DNA of 64,000 bases from an uncultured Chloroflexia bacterium (lineage in GTDB: Bacteria; Chloroflexota; Chloroflexia; Thermomicrobiales; UBA6265): contig CAVRUC010000007.1 in NCBI GenBank assembly GCA_963724295.1, positions 704,001 to 768,000 of the forward strand. Direction: 5' to 3'. The stretch's first letter is position 1. Every line of letters begins with the position of its first letter. The notes below the pieces were generated by a model. The model did not search any database, was not told where the DNA came from, and was given only the letters and a program-made list of their open reading frames with translations. This document shows, piece after piece, positions 20,911-32,411 of this stretch. The translations under genes and the position numbers were made by a program.

Positions 20911-21258
20911 TTACTCCTCGTCACTCGCCGGCGATTCATCTCCCTTGGCAGCAACGCGATGCAGGTTGGCTAGCGCCTCCAGCATTACCGGGCGTACCGG
21001 TGGTCTCGCCGTTATCCCGGCCACGCGATCGATGGGCACACCCGTCGCCTGGGCCACCATAGCCGCGATCACCGGCACGCAGAAGATGCCCTGGCAGGTA
21101 CCCATGCCGGCCCGGGTGCGACGCTTGACGTCATCGACCGTCTGCGCCCCCGCGGTGATCGCGGCGACGATCTCCTCGAGCAGGATTTCCTCACAACGGC
21201 AGGTGAATGCGGCTCCCGCATCGAGCATCTCACTCTCGTCTCGATCAGTATCTGGCAT
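20911..21258 (-). CDS. BFD-like [2Fe-2S]-binding protein
   Basis: CRCEEI, KRRTRAGMGTCQGIFC, RPPVRPV. Confidence 0.88.
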   Translation of the reverse strand: MPDTDRDESEMLDAGAAFTCRCEEILLEEIVAAITAGAQTVDDVKRRTRAGMGTCQGIFCVPVIAAMVAQATGVPIDRVAGITARPPVRPVMLEALANLHRVAAKGDESPASDEE

Positions 21259-21269
21259 GGCGACTCAGC

Positions 21270-22229
21270 TCACTCGTACGGCTGCACCGTGACAGCGCCC
21301 AGCGCCGTCCGTCTCTCGAGCCGCCACGCCAACTCCGGTCCACCGTCGGCTCGAACCGCCGCGACGTCCTCTTCGCTGGCTAGACCAAGGGAGGCCGCCG
21401 CCGCGATTCCGGCGAGGCGACCTTCGGCAATCATGGCGGCGACGCTTCCCACGCCCGCGGCATCACCGGCGACGAAGATCCCGCGAACAGGACTTAGCAA
21501 CGCGTTGTCGATCACTGGTATCAGCCCCCCCAGCTCCGCGGAGAATGCGAGCGGCGTGCCGGCCATGGTTGCCAGGGTCGCGTCGGCCTGCCGGCCGACG
21601 GCGATAGCGATGACGTCGACGGCGTAGTGATCGTCTCCGACGGTCAAGCCTCGCACGCCATCGGCGTCCTCAGCGCGCAGGAACGGTGCGGGCGCAATTC
21701 CGCTCCAGACGACCTCGCCGCCGGCCAGCATGACGTCGACCGCCAGCTCCTCCGCGTCCGAGGCGCCACCGATGATCGCGAACCGCCGCCCCGGTCGCAC
21801 CCGATGCACGTTCAGCAGAATCCGCAACCCTCGTGCACTGAACACCCCGGGGTAGGTGGCGCCAGCAAACGGGTACGGCAGATCGGTCGAACCGGTTGCC
21901 ACGATCACGGCGTCAGCGACTTCGCGAGACGCGACACCCTCTTCGATCACGAGCAGGTCGAGACCAGCGAAGCAGCCGGCTACGGTTGCGCCGGTGCGAA
22001 TCTGCACCCCGGCGGCGAGCGCATCGTCGATCAGGCGCTCGGCAAGCCGGTCCGGCCGTTCGGCATTCGACGTGGTCGCCTTCATCACCGGCTGCACGCG
22101 ATAGCGCAGTTGCCCGCCAGGCTCCGCTCGCTCGTCGCACAGGGTCACAGAGGCGCCAGCGGCGGCCGCCTCGGCGGCGGCGGCCAGACCCGCCGGACCT
22201 GCGCCCACGATCACAATCGACGGTGTCAT
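21270..22229 (-). CDS. FAD/NAD(P)-dependent oxidoreductase (HcnB/sarcosine oxidase alpha-like)
   Basis: IVGAGPAGLAAA, PGGQL, IVATGS, FVAGDAAG. Confidence 0.85.
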   Translation of the reverse strand: MTPSIVIVGAGPAGLAAAAEAAAAGASVTLCDERAEPGGQLRYRVQPVMKATTSNAERPDRLAERLIDDALAAGVQIRTGATVAGCFAGLDLLVIEEGVASREVADAVIVATGSTDLPYPFAGATYPGVFSARGLRILLNVHRVRPGRRFAIIGGASDAEELAVDVMLAGGEVVWSGIAPAPFLRAEDADGVRGLTVGDDHYAVDVIAIAVGRQADATLATMAGTPLAFSAELGGLIPVIDNALLSPVRGIFVAGDAAGVGSVAAMIAEGRLAGIAAAASLGLASEEDVAAVRADGGPELAWRLERRTALGAVTVQPYE

Positions 22230-22627
22230 GGGCCCTGCTCAGCCGCCTCGGCTGTGGTCTCGCCGAGGCCGCGCTGGGTCCGCACATCGAGACCCGCTGA
22301 GATGGGTGTCAGGCAAGCCGGCACGTTCGGGATGCCATCGACGACAACCATGCAGTCGGTGCAGCGTCCGATCATGCAATACCCGCCCCGGGCGTCACCA
22401 AACCGGGGCATGGTGCGCAAGACGCGAAAGCCGGCGGCGAAGAGGGCGGCGGCGATCGGCTCTCCCTCTCGTCCCCCGACGGAGGCGCCATCAAAGGTGA
22501 ATTGGATGCGTCGCCCATGCGGCAGATCGCCGAGGATCTGGTGGGCTGTAATCCGAGTCGCCCCCAGATCGTCTGATTCTCCGCGGTCCTTCAACGTCGG
22601 CTCCCGGAGCGATGCGTGCTTGTGCAC
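22226..22627 (-). CDS. 2Fe-2S ferredoxin-like protein (HcnA-like)
   Basis: GEPIAAAL, RGGYCMIGRCTDCMVVVDG..NVPAC; start uncertain. Confidence 0.85.
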   Translation of the reverse strand: MHKHASLREPTLKDRGESDDLGATRITAHQILGDLPHGRRIQFTFDGASVGGREGEPIAAALFAAGFRVLRTMPRFGDARGGYCMIGRCTDCMVVVDGIPNVPACLTPISAGLDVRTQRGLGETTAEAAEQGP

Positions 22628-22846
22628 GCGGCTGATCCAGCGGGATCATCTGTCTCCACCACAGTGCCGTCAATGAACCCGGCAACCAAGTCAGCCCGGC
22701 GGCCTTTGCTATAGTTCCCGCCGGTCAAGTGGAGTACGCCAATGCCGTGCCCACCGCATGCGAGCGGTGCGGTCACGCCTGACGCCGCCCGTTGGCCGCG
22801 ACGATCGATTGCGGGAGGCACTAGTTGATGGTGAGCGCGAAGACAG

Positions 22847-24268
22847 TTGAACAGGTCGAAACACGGGAGCCGCGCATCAAGCGCCCCGGCTGAGGAAAAT
22901 GGGCATCCGGGTGGCGCCGCGGCGATCGAGCAGTCCGCGCGCGATCACGTCTGGATCCACCAACTGCCCTGGGCCGAGTTCGAAAGCGACAAACTCCGCA
23001 TCTTCGATCGCGGTGAAGGCGCTCGCCTCTACGACGTGCACGGCAGGGAGTATCTCGATGGCATCGCCGGTTTGTGGGTCGTCAACGCCGGGCATGGCCG
23101 CCGCGAGATCGCGCAGGCGTACGCCGACCAGGCTGCTCGCCTGGGCTACGCTTCGGCGATTACATACACCACCACACCGGCGGTCAAGCTAGCAGAAAAA
23201 CTCGCCGAGCTGGCGCCGGGTGACCTCAGCCGGCTCTTCTTCGTCTCCGGTGGATCCGAGGCCGTCGAAACCGCGATCAAGATCGCCAAGCAGGTCCAGG
23301 CGATGCGCGGCTTCCCCAAGCGCTACAAGATCATCGCCCGCCGCCGCTCCTACCATGGCATGACCTACGGCGCGATGAGTGTCACGGCGACCCGCAACGA
23401 AACCTGGTTCGGTCCGTTCATGTACGGCGTCTTCCACGTGCCGCACCCGGATCGCTACCGGTCCGATTTCGGACTGGAGGGCGAAGAAGCCGACCTGATG
23501 GCGGCCCGCTACGTCGAGCAGGAAATCGTCAACCAAGGTGCGGAGACGGTTGCCGCAGTCATCGGCGAACCGATCTCGACCAACGCCGGCGTGCACGTGC
23601 CGTCGCCGAAGTACTGGCAGATGCTGCGCGAGATCTGCGACCGGCATGGCGTGCTTTTGATCGCCGACGAGGTCATCAACGGCTTCGGCCGCACCGGCAC
23701 CATGTTCGCTACCGAGCAATTCGGGTTCGTGCCCGACATCATGACGATGGCGAAGGGACTCTCTTCAGGCTACGCGCCGGTCGCCGCCGCAATGGTCAGG
23801 GAATCGGTCTACGACGTCTTTAAGGAGAACAAGGAAGCGGCGATGGGCCACCTGCTCACGTTTGGTGGTCACCCCGCGGCCTGTGCCGCGGCACTGCAGA
23901 ACCTCGTTATCTTCGAGCGCGAGGATCTGGTCGGGCAGAGTGCCAAGAAGGGCAAGTATCTCAAGTCCCGGCTCGAGGAGCTGCGCGCCCATCCCACGGT
24001 CGGCGACGTGCGCGGGCTCGGATTGATGTACGCCATCGATCTCGTGAAGAACAAGGAGACGCGAGAAAGTTGGGGCAAGACCGCTGCCTTCTCGGCGCGC
24101 GTCGGCGAGCTGGCCCTGCAGCGGGGCCTGGTGACTCGGGTCTGGGACGTCATGCACTTTGCGCCGCCGCTGGTCATGAGCGAGGCAGAGATCGACCGGA
24201 TGGTCGAGATCGCGGACGAGAGTCTCACCATTGCCGAGCGGGAGTTCGCCGCCGAGATCACGGCCTGA
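22847..24268 (+). CDS. Class III aminotransferase
   Basis: YLDGIAGLW, SGGSEAVE, SYHG, IADEVINGFGRTG, MAKGLSSGY. Confidence 0.93.
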   Translation: MNRSKHGSRASSAPAEENGHPGGAAAIEQSARDHVWIHQLPWAEFESDKLRIFDRGEGARLYDVHGREYLDGIAGLWVVNAGHGRREIAQAYADQAARLGYASAITYTTTPAVKLAEKLAELAPGDLSRLFFVSGGSEAVETAIKIAKQVQAMRGFPKRYKIIARRRSYHGMTYGAMSVTATRNETWFGPFMYGVFHVPHPDRYRSDFGLEGEEADLMAARYVEQEIVNQGAETVAAVIGEPISTNAGVHVPSPKYWQMLREICDRHGVLLIADEVINGFGRTGTMFATEQFGFVPDIMTMAKGLSSGYAPVAAAMVRESVYDVFKENKEAAMGHLLTFGGHPAACAAALQNLVIFEREDLVGQSAKKGKYLKSRLEELRAHPTVGDVRGLGLMYAIDLVKNKETRESWGKTAAFSARVGELALQRGLVTRVWDVMHFAPPLVMSEAEIDRMVEIADESLTIAEREFAAEITA

Positions 24269-24274
24269 ACGTGG

Positions 24275-24316
24275 CCCTCACCCCACCCCCTCTCCCAGAG
24301 CGCTGGGAGAGGGGAG
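24275..24316. repeat. REP-like palindrome (CCCTCACCC..CCCTCTCCC-N-GGGAGAGGG family)
   Basis: CCCCTCTCCCAG agcg CTGGGAGAGGGG stem directly after the aminotransferase stop. Confidence 0.75.
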
Positions 24317-24391
24317 AAGCGTCAGTGCGTGCGCCGTCCGCGAGAGGGAAATCGTGCGTTCATCAGGATGACAGCGGCGGATCCATGCCCG

Positions 24392-24760
24392 TCAGCGGCC
24401 GTTTCGCGCATCGAAGCAGAAACGACAGAAAACCGGACGGTCGAGGCTCGGCTTGAACGGGAGACGGATGGGGCGCAGACAGCCGGAGCAGACCGCCGAG
24501 TAGAGGCGCTGGCTCGCATCCGATGGACCGACGGTGACCGGCCGCGCGCATCGCATGTCGCCGCTGCGCAACGCCTCGAGGATGCGGGCATTCCGCTCTT
24601 CTCGCCGCGCGATGCGGCACGCCGGGCACCGCGGTGAGACGGGCAGACCAGTTCCGCGCCTAGCAGCAACTTCACCCGGTGCGCGGTCGAACGGTTCGCC
24701 GCAGTCGACGCAGAGGGCACGGGTCTGCCCGGTGCCGGTATCGATGAGCTCAGGCTGCAA
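24392..24760 (-). CDS. Zinc-ribbon protein with CxxC-x17-CxxC domain
   Basis: CVDCGEPF...PRCPACR; AVCSGC..IRLPFKPSLDRPVFCRFCF. Confidence 0.85.
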   Translation of the reverse strand: MQPELIDTGTGQTRALCVDCGEPFDRAPGEVAARRGTGLPVSPRCPACRIARREERNARILEALRSGDMRCARPVTVGPSDASQRLYSAVCSGCLRPIRLPFKPSLDRPVFCRFCFDARNGR

Positions 24761-24934
24761 CGTCGCCTCCCGGCTTGGCCGTTGGCTGCATGGCCGGGAT
24801 AGTCTAGCCGCGCGCTTGGCCGTCAGTCCCGCGGCATCATGCCCGGATAATATTAGATTGAATCGATGCCACGCCGGTTGGAAACACGAGCCGGCGGGTC
24901 AGGACGCCATATCAACGAGAGAACAGGACGAAGC

Positions 24935-26812
24935 ATGACCACCGGAAACGCCGTCGAAATCCCGACCGGCGAGGTCCCAACCCGGGACCAGATCGCCCTC
25001 GACGACACGTGGGACCTGAGCGGAATCTACCCTGAGGAGCGTGCCTGGGAAGGCGACGCGGATCGCATGTCCGCGTTGATCGAGGCCGTCGTCGACCACC
25101 GTGGCACGCTCGGCGAGTCAGCCGCCCGTCTACGCCAGGCACTCGACGACATCATGACCCTTCGCCAGACCCTGGAGCGGATTCGCGTCTACGCCTCACT
25201 GAGGCGTGACGAGAACCTCGCCAACAGCGAGGCACTGGCCCGCTACGAGCGGTCGGTGGCAATCGCGATCGAGGCAGGCGAAGCGCTCGCCTTCGTCGAG
25301 CCGGAGCTCCTCGGTTTGCCTCCCCAGCGATTGGACGACCTTCGCGCCGACCCGGTCCTCGCACCCTACCAGCACATGCTCGACGATCTGGCGCGCCGCC
25401 GGCCGCACGTGCGCTCCGCTGAGATCGAGCAGATTCTGGCCCAGGGCGCTGATGTGGCCCGCGCGCCATCGGACGCATTCACCGCACTCGACAATGCCGA
25501 CCTGGCCTTTGGCCGCGTGCGCGATGAGACTGGCAACGAGATCGAGCTGACGAAGGCGCGACACGCGCTTCTGTTGCGCTCGAAAGACCGGGAGACGCGT
25601 CGCCTGGCCTCTGAGACCTTCACAAAAGCCTATCTCGATCACCGGCACACGCTGGCAGCGCTGCACGGCGCCTCGGTGCGTGGCGACGTCTTTCAGGCCC
25701 GCGTGCGAAACCACCCCTCGGCCCGGGAAGCGGCGCTGTTCTGGGACAACGTCCCAACCGCGGTCTACGACACCCTCATTAGTTCGATTCGGGCGGCGCA
25801 GCCGGTTCTGGCGCGGTATCTGGAGCTGCGCAGGCAGGTGCTTGGTCTCGACGAGCTCGCCTCGTATGACCTCGTGGTGCCGTTGTCCCCTGAACCGGAG
25901 CAACGACACGACTATCGCGATGGCGTGGAGCTGGTGCTCGACGGTCTCGGTCTCCTTGGCGAGGACTACGTCGACGATCTGCGAGCCGGCTTTGCCCGGC
26001 GCTGGGTCGACGTGCACGAGACGAAGGGGAAGCGCTCAGGGGCGTATTCGTCGGGCGCCTATGCCGCTCCGCCCGTCATCCTGATGAACTGGAACGGCAC
26101 GATGAACGACGTGTTCACGCTCGCGCACGAGGCCGGCCATGCCATGCACAGCTTCTACGCCGACGCCAACCTCCCCTTCCACGAGGCCGGCTACCCGATA
26201 TTCCTCGCCGAGATCGCCTCAACCGTCAACGAGGTGCTGCTCACCTGGAGTCTGCTCGAGCAGACCGCCGAGGACGACGCCCTGGGCCGGTTCGCGATCC
26301 TCGACCGGTTCGCGGAGACCTATTTCGGCACCGTGGTGCGGCAGACGATGTTCGCGGAGTACGAGCAACGCGTGCACGCGATGGCGGAGTCCGGCAAGCC
26401 CCTCACGGTCGACGTCCTGAACGAGATCTACGGCGAGCTCTTTGAGACCTACCTGCCGGGCGTCACCATCGACGACGGCGTGCGGGTGAACTGGGCGCGC
26501 ATCCCGCACTTCTATCGCGCATTTTATGTCTATCAGTACGCAACGGGACTCTCCGCGGCAATCGCCATCGCCCGCGCCATTCGCGACGAAGGTGAGCCTG
26601 CCCGCGAGCGCTACCGCCGACTCCTGGCCTCCGGCGGTCGCGACTATCCGCTGGTGCTGCTCGCCGAAGCTGGCGTCGACCTGACCTCCCCTGCTCCGAT
26701 CGAGGCAGGGCTCGCCGAGTTCGAGGCCATCGTCTCCGAGATGGAGCAGATCGTTGCCTCCGGGGCAGTTCAGCAGCCGGCCTCGGTCAATCAAACGACG
26801 GACGTCGCATGA
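24935..26812 (+). CDS. pepF: Oligoendopeptidase F (M3B)
   Basis: TWDLSGIY, GKRSGAYSSG, TLAHEAGHAMHS, AEIAST, WARIPHFY..FYVYQYATG. Confidence 0.95.
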   Translation: MTTGNAVEIPTGEVPTRDQIALDDTWDLSGIYPEERAWEGDADRMSALIEAVVDHRGTLGESAARLRQALDDIMTLRQTLERIRVYASLRRDENLANSEALARYERSVAIAIEAGEALAFVEPELLGLPPQRLDDLRADPVLAPYQHMLDDLARRRPHVRSAEIEQILAQGADVARAPSDAFTALDNADLAFGRVRDETGNEIELTKARHALLLRSKDRETRRLASETFTKAYLDHRHTLAALHGASVRGDVFQARVRNHPSAREAALFWDNVPTAVYDTLISSIRAAQPVLARYLELRRQVLGLDELASYDLVVPLSPEPEQRHDYRDGVELVLDGLGLLGEDYVDDLRAGFARRWVDVHETKGKRSGAYSSGAYAAPPVILMNWNGTMNDVFTLAHEAGHAMHSFYADANLPFHEAGYPIFLAEIASTVNEVLLTWSLLEQTAEDDALGRFAILDRFAETYFGTVVRQTMFAEYEQRVHAMAESGKPLTVDVLNEIYGELFETYLPGVTIDDGVRVNWARIPHFYRAFYVYQYATGLSAAIAIARAIRDEGEPARERYRRLLASGGRDYPLVLLAEAGVDLTSPAPIEAGLAEFEAIVSEMEQIVASGAVQQPASVNQTTDVA

Positions 26813-26829
26813 AGCGCCTCACGCACCAT

Positions 26830-28456
<1,627 letters not shown>

Positions 28457-28545
28457 TCAGCGCCGGAGTATAGGGCGCTGGTCGCGCACGTTTTGTTAGT
28501 CACCGCTCATCCCTTGGTATACTGGCCAACGACATCGAGAGAGAT

Positions 28546-28782
28546 GGCGTTGACGGAGACGAGTACCCGCCGGCGCGCCAAACAGGGACGGCGGTCGAGA
28601 CTGAGAACCGCCGGGTGGCGCGGCGGAGAAATTCCCTCCCGAGCCGGACGGTGAACGCGCCGAGCGCGCTGCGTAGTCGTCCCCAGGCCCATGGTTAGCG
28701 GGCAGATTCGAGCGCGCCGGTTCGCCGGCGAAGCAGGGTGGTACCGCGTGGAGACCCCTCGTCCCTGCCGAGGGGTTTTTTC
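28546..28782 (+). promoter_or_regulatory. T-box riboswitch (Phe specifier) with intrinsic terminator
   Basis: AGTA, AGGGA and CTGAGA stem-I motifs; TTC specifier at 28632-28634; T-box AGGGTGGTACCGCG at 28735-28748; terminator ACCCCTCG..CGAGGGGTTTTTT; upstream TGGTATACT -10; lies before pheS. Confidence 0.93.
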
Positions 28783-28818
28783 ATGCCCGGAATCGGGCGG
28801 CGTAGGACAGATCGCGGA

Positions 28819-29862
28819 ATGACGGCGCAAGACACTATCGACGACATCCGAACCAGGGCAACGGCGCAACTCGACGCCGCCGCATCACTCGACGAGGTCG
28901 TCGCCTGGGAACGGGCATTTCTCGGTCCCAAGGGGGAGTTGACGCTCTTTCTGCGCGGTCTGGCCTCCCTGCCAGCCGATCAGCGGCCGATCGCCGGTCG
29001 CGGTGGCAACGCGCTCAAGAACGAGCTCACCGCCGCCTGGAACGCCCGGCATGCCGCGCTCGCGTCTGAGAATCTCGAGCAGCGTCTCGCCGCGGACGCC
29101 GTCGACGTGACCTTGCCCGGTCGTCCGCCAGTTCTCGGCGCTTCACATCCGGTCTCGCAGATGATCGACGAGCTGAGCGAGATCTTCGCCTTGCTCGGCT
29201 ACCAGACCGTGTTCGGTCCCGAAGTCGAGACCGCACATTACAACTTCGATCTCTTGAACATTCCGAGCGACCACCCGGCGCGTGACGTCTGGGACACCAT
29301 CCATGTCGATCTGCCGGGCGAGATCGTGCTCCGCACGCACACCTCACCCATGCAAGCGCGAGTCATGGAGCAGACGCAGCCACCCGTGCGCGTCGTCGTG
29401 CCCGGCCGGGTCTACCGCTACGAAGCGCAGGACGCATCACATGAATGGATGTTCCACCAACTGGAAGGGCTTGCGGTCGACCGGCAGATCACGATGGCCG
29501 ACCTGAAAGGGACCCTGGCCGAGATGGCCCGTCAGCTCTTTGGTCCGGAGCGGCGCATCCGGTTCCGTTGCGACTTCTTTCCGTTCGTCGAGCCGGGCGT
29601 CGACTTCGCGGTGGACTGCGCCATCTGTGGTGGCGCCGGCTGCCGGGTCTGCAAGGGCAGCGGCTGGCTGGAGATGGGTGGCGCCGGCATGGTCCATCCC
29701 AATGTCCTGCGCGCGGTTGGCTATGACCCGGATGTCTACAGCGGCTTTGCCTTCGGACTCGGCATCGAGCGTCTGACGATGATGCGTTCCGGCGTCGACG
29801 ACGTGCGCGCGTTTGCCGGCAACGATCTTCGCTTCCTCCGCCAGTTCGCCCGTGCCGCCTAG
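28819..29862 (+). CDS. pheS: Phenylalanine-tRNA ligase alpha subunit
   Basis: NFDLLNIPSDHPARD, LRTHTSPMQ, FHQLEGL, FFPFVEPG, GFAFGLGIERL. Confidence 0.97.
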   Translation: MTAQDTIDDIRTRATAQLDAAASLDEVVAWERAFLGPKGELTLFLRGLASLPADQRPIAGRGGNALKNELTAAWNARHAALASENLEQRLAADAVDVTLPGRPPVLGASHPVSQMIDELSEIFALLGYQTVFGPEVETAHYNFDLLNIPSDHPARDVWDTIHVDLPGEIVLRTHTSPMQARVMEQTQPPVRVVVPGRVYRYEAQDASHEWMFHQLEGLAVDRQITMADLKGTLAEMARQLFGPERRIRFRCDFFPFVEPGVDFAVDCAICGGAGCRVCKGSGWLEMGGAGMVHPNVLRAVGYDPDVYSGFAFGLGIERLTMMRSGVDDVRAFAGNDLRFLRQFARAA

Positions 29863-29868
29863 GTGTGA

Positions 29869-29892
29869 GACGGCAAGACGGCAAGACGGCTA
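29869..29892. repeat. 8-bp tandem repeat GACGGCAA x3 (last copy variant) in pheS-pheT spacer
   Basis: gacggcaa gacggcaa gacggcta. Confidence 0.7.
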
Positions 29893-29938
29893 GTTGGCAA
29901 GTGGAGACACGGTAGGTCTTGCTTGAGGACATGATCCA

Positions 29939-32387
29939 ATGAAAGTTCCCTTGCGCTGGCTCTCTGAATACGTGGACACCGGTTTGACGGTCGAGGAGCT
30001 TGCCCACCGCCTGACCATGGCCGGCCTGGAAGCCGAGAAGATCTCGGTCATCGGCGATGCGTGGGACAAGATCTACGTCGGTCACGTCGAAGCGGTGGAA
30101 CAGCACCCGGACGCGGACCGCCTGGTCCTGGCGACCGTCGATGCCGGGGAGCATCGACTTCAGGTCGTCACCGGAGCACCCAATATCGCTCAGGGGCAGA
30201 CGGTGGCGCTCGCACTGGCCGGGGCGAGACTGATCGACGGTCATGCCGATGGACAGGTCTACCGCACGCTGAAGCCGAGCGCGATCCGCGGCATCCGCTC
30301 GGAAGGGATGGTCTGCTCCGAGAAAGAGCTGGGACTCTCCGACGAGCACGAGGGGATCATGGTCCTCGAAGCCGAGGCGCCGAAAGGGGCGCCGCTGGCG
30401 GAGTGGCTCGGCGACACGGTGATCGAGTTCGAGATCACCCCGAACCTGGTCCATAACTTCTCGATCCTGGGCATCGCCCGTGAAGCCGGGGCGCTGACGG
30501 ACTGTCCGGTGACGACGCCTCCGACCTACGATCTCGCCGGTGCGCCATCCGGTCCGGCGGATCTGGTGACCGTCGCGGCGGCGGATCTTTGCGCTCGCTA
30601 CGTAGCGGTCGTTATCGAAGGCATCGAGGTCGGCCCATCGCCGGCATGGCTGCAACGGCGCCTTCTGGCGGCCGGGGTGCGCCCGATCAACACGATCGTC
30701 GACGCCACGAACTACGTCATGCTCGAGTATGGCCAGCCGCTGCATGCCTTCGACGCCGACCGCCTTCAGGATGGGCGGATCGTTGTGCGGCGGGCGCGGC
30801 CGGGCGAGACGCTGGAGACGCTCGATCATCAAGTGCGGAAACTCGACCAGGAGATGCTCGTCATTGCCGATACGCAGCGCGCGGTCGGTCTCGCCGGGAT
30901 CATGGGTGGGCTCGACAGCGAGGTGACCGACGAGACGCGACGCATCGTCCTGGAGTCGGCGAACTTCGACATGAAGTCCGTCCGCCGCACGGCGCGAGAG
31001 CTGAAGCTGCGGACCGATGCCTCGGCCCGTTTCGAGCGCGGTCTCGATCCGAATCTCGCGCGCGACGCCGCGGCGCGGGCGACCCGTCTCATTCTCGATC
31101 TCACGCCCGGGGCGACCGTGTCGGCCGTGGCCGACGTCTATCCGCAGCCACTGACGCCCTGGCCGCTATCGCTCCCGTTCGCGGAGATCGAGCGACTGCT
31201 TGGGGTCCGCTATGAGCCCGCCCAAGTGCTCGACGTGCTGCGGCGCCTCGGGTTTTCACCGGAGCTCGACGGCGAAGGAGACGCGGCAACTCTCCGCCTG
31301 GTCGTTCCGACCTGGCGCAGCGACGTCACGCTGCCGGCCGACGTCGTCGAGGAGGTGGCGCGCGTCATCGGGTACGAAACGCTGCCCGAGCGCCTGCCGA
31401 TCGGGCAAACCCCTCCGGTGCAGCGCGATCCGGTCTACGCCCTGCAGCGAACCGTGCGCTCGGTGCTCACGGGCGCCGGAGGCTGGGAGACGGTCACCTA
31501 TGTCGCCATCAGCGACGAGGACCTGCGTCGCCTTGACCCCGACGGCCGAGCAATCGGTCGGGGCCTATGCGGTCGATCTCTCGGCGCTGATCCGGTTGCG
31601 GAACCCACTTCAGGCGGACCGGGACGTGCTGCGGCCGACCCTGCTGCCAAGCCTCCTTGCCGTCGCCGCGGAAAACCTCAAGCACGAAGGCGGCGTGCGG
31701 CTCTTCGAGATGGCCCGTGTCTATCTTCCCTCCAGCGGCGAGCTGCCATGCGAGGCGAACGTATTGGGGATGGTGTTTGCCGGCCGGCGGGAGCCACTGG
31801 GGCGATTCAGTGCCGCGGACAACGGCGAGCTGGATTACTTCGATCTCAAAGGGACGCTCGAGGCGCTGATCGCGCGACTCGGCGTCGACGATAGCGAGTT
31901 CCGTCGCATCGAGTCCGCCGCACTCCATCCCGGCCGGGCGGCGGGGCTTTACGTGAACGGAGATCAGATCGGCATCCTCGGCGAGCTACGCCCCGACCGG
32001 GCTCAGTCGTTCGGGATCGAGGCGCCTCGGGTCGCCATCGCCGAGATCGATCTCGACGCGTTACGTGCGGCGGGGCATCCGATTCCGACTGCCGTCTCGG
32101 TGCCGCGGTTTCTCCCGGTCGAGCAAGACTTCGCCATCGTCGTTGCCGAAGAGATTGCAGCCGCCGAGGTCGAGACGGCGTTGCGCGCGGGGGCCGGGCC
32201 GCTGGCGACCGCGGTGACCCTGTTCGATATCTATCGCGGTCCCCAGATCGGGGAAAACCGCAAGAGCCTGGCCTATCGCGTAACCTTCACCGCTCCGGAC
32301 CGCGCGCTGACCGACGCGGAGCTGAGCAAGGTCCGGGACCGCATTGCCCGGTCCCTGAAGAAGGTCGGCGGAGAGCTTCGCGCGTAG
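29939..32387 (+). CDS. pheT: Phenylalanine-tRNA ligase beta subunit (+1 frameshift near 31540)
   Basis: MKVPLRWL, HPDADRL, YGQPLHAFD, TDASARFERG; second frame LRNPL, LHPGRAA, FDIYRG..KSLAYR. Confidence 0.95.
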
Positions 32388-32411
32388 TAATCGAAGACCA
32401 AGGCATCCTGG

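Noticed and set aside
22630..22760. SAM-I riboswitch-like words (ATCCAG, TGAACCCGGCAACC)
   Set aside because: Lacks the GAGGGA-GGCCC kink-turn/pseudoknot and GGTGCxAATTCC elements
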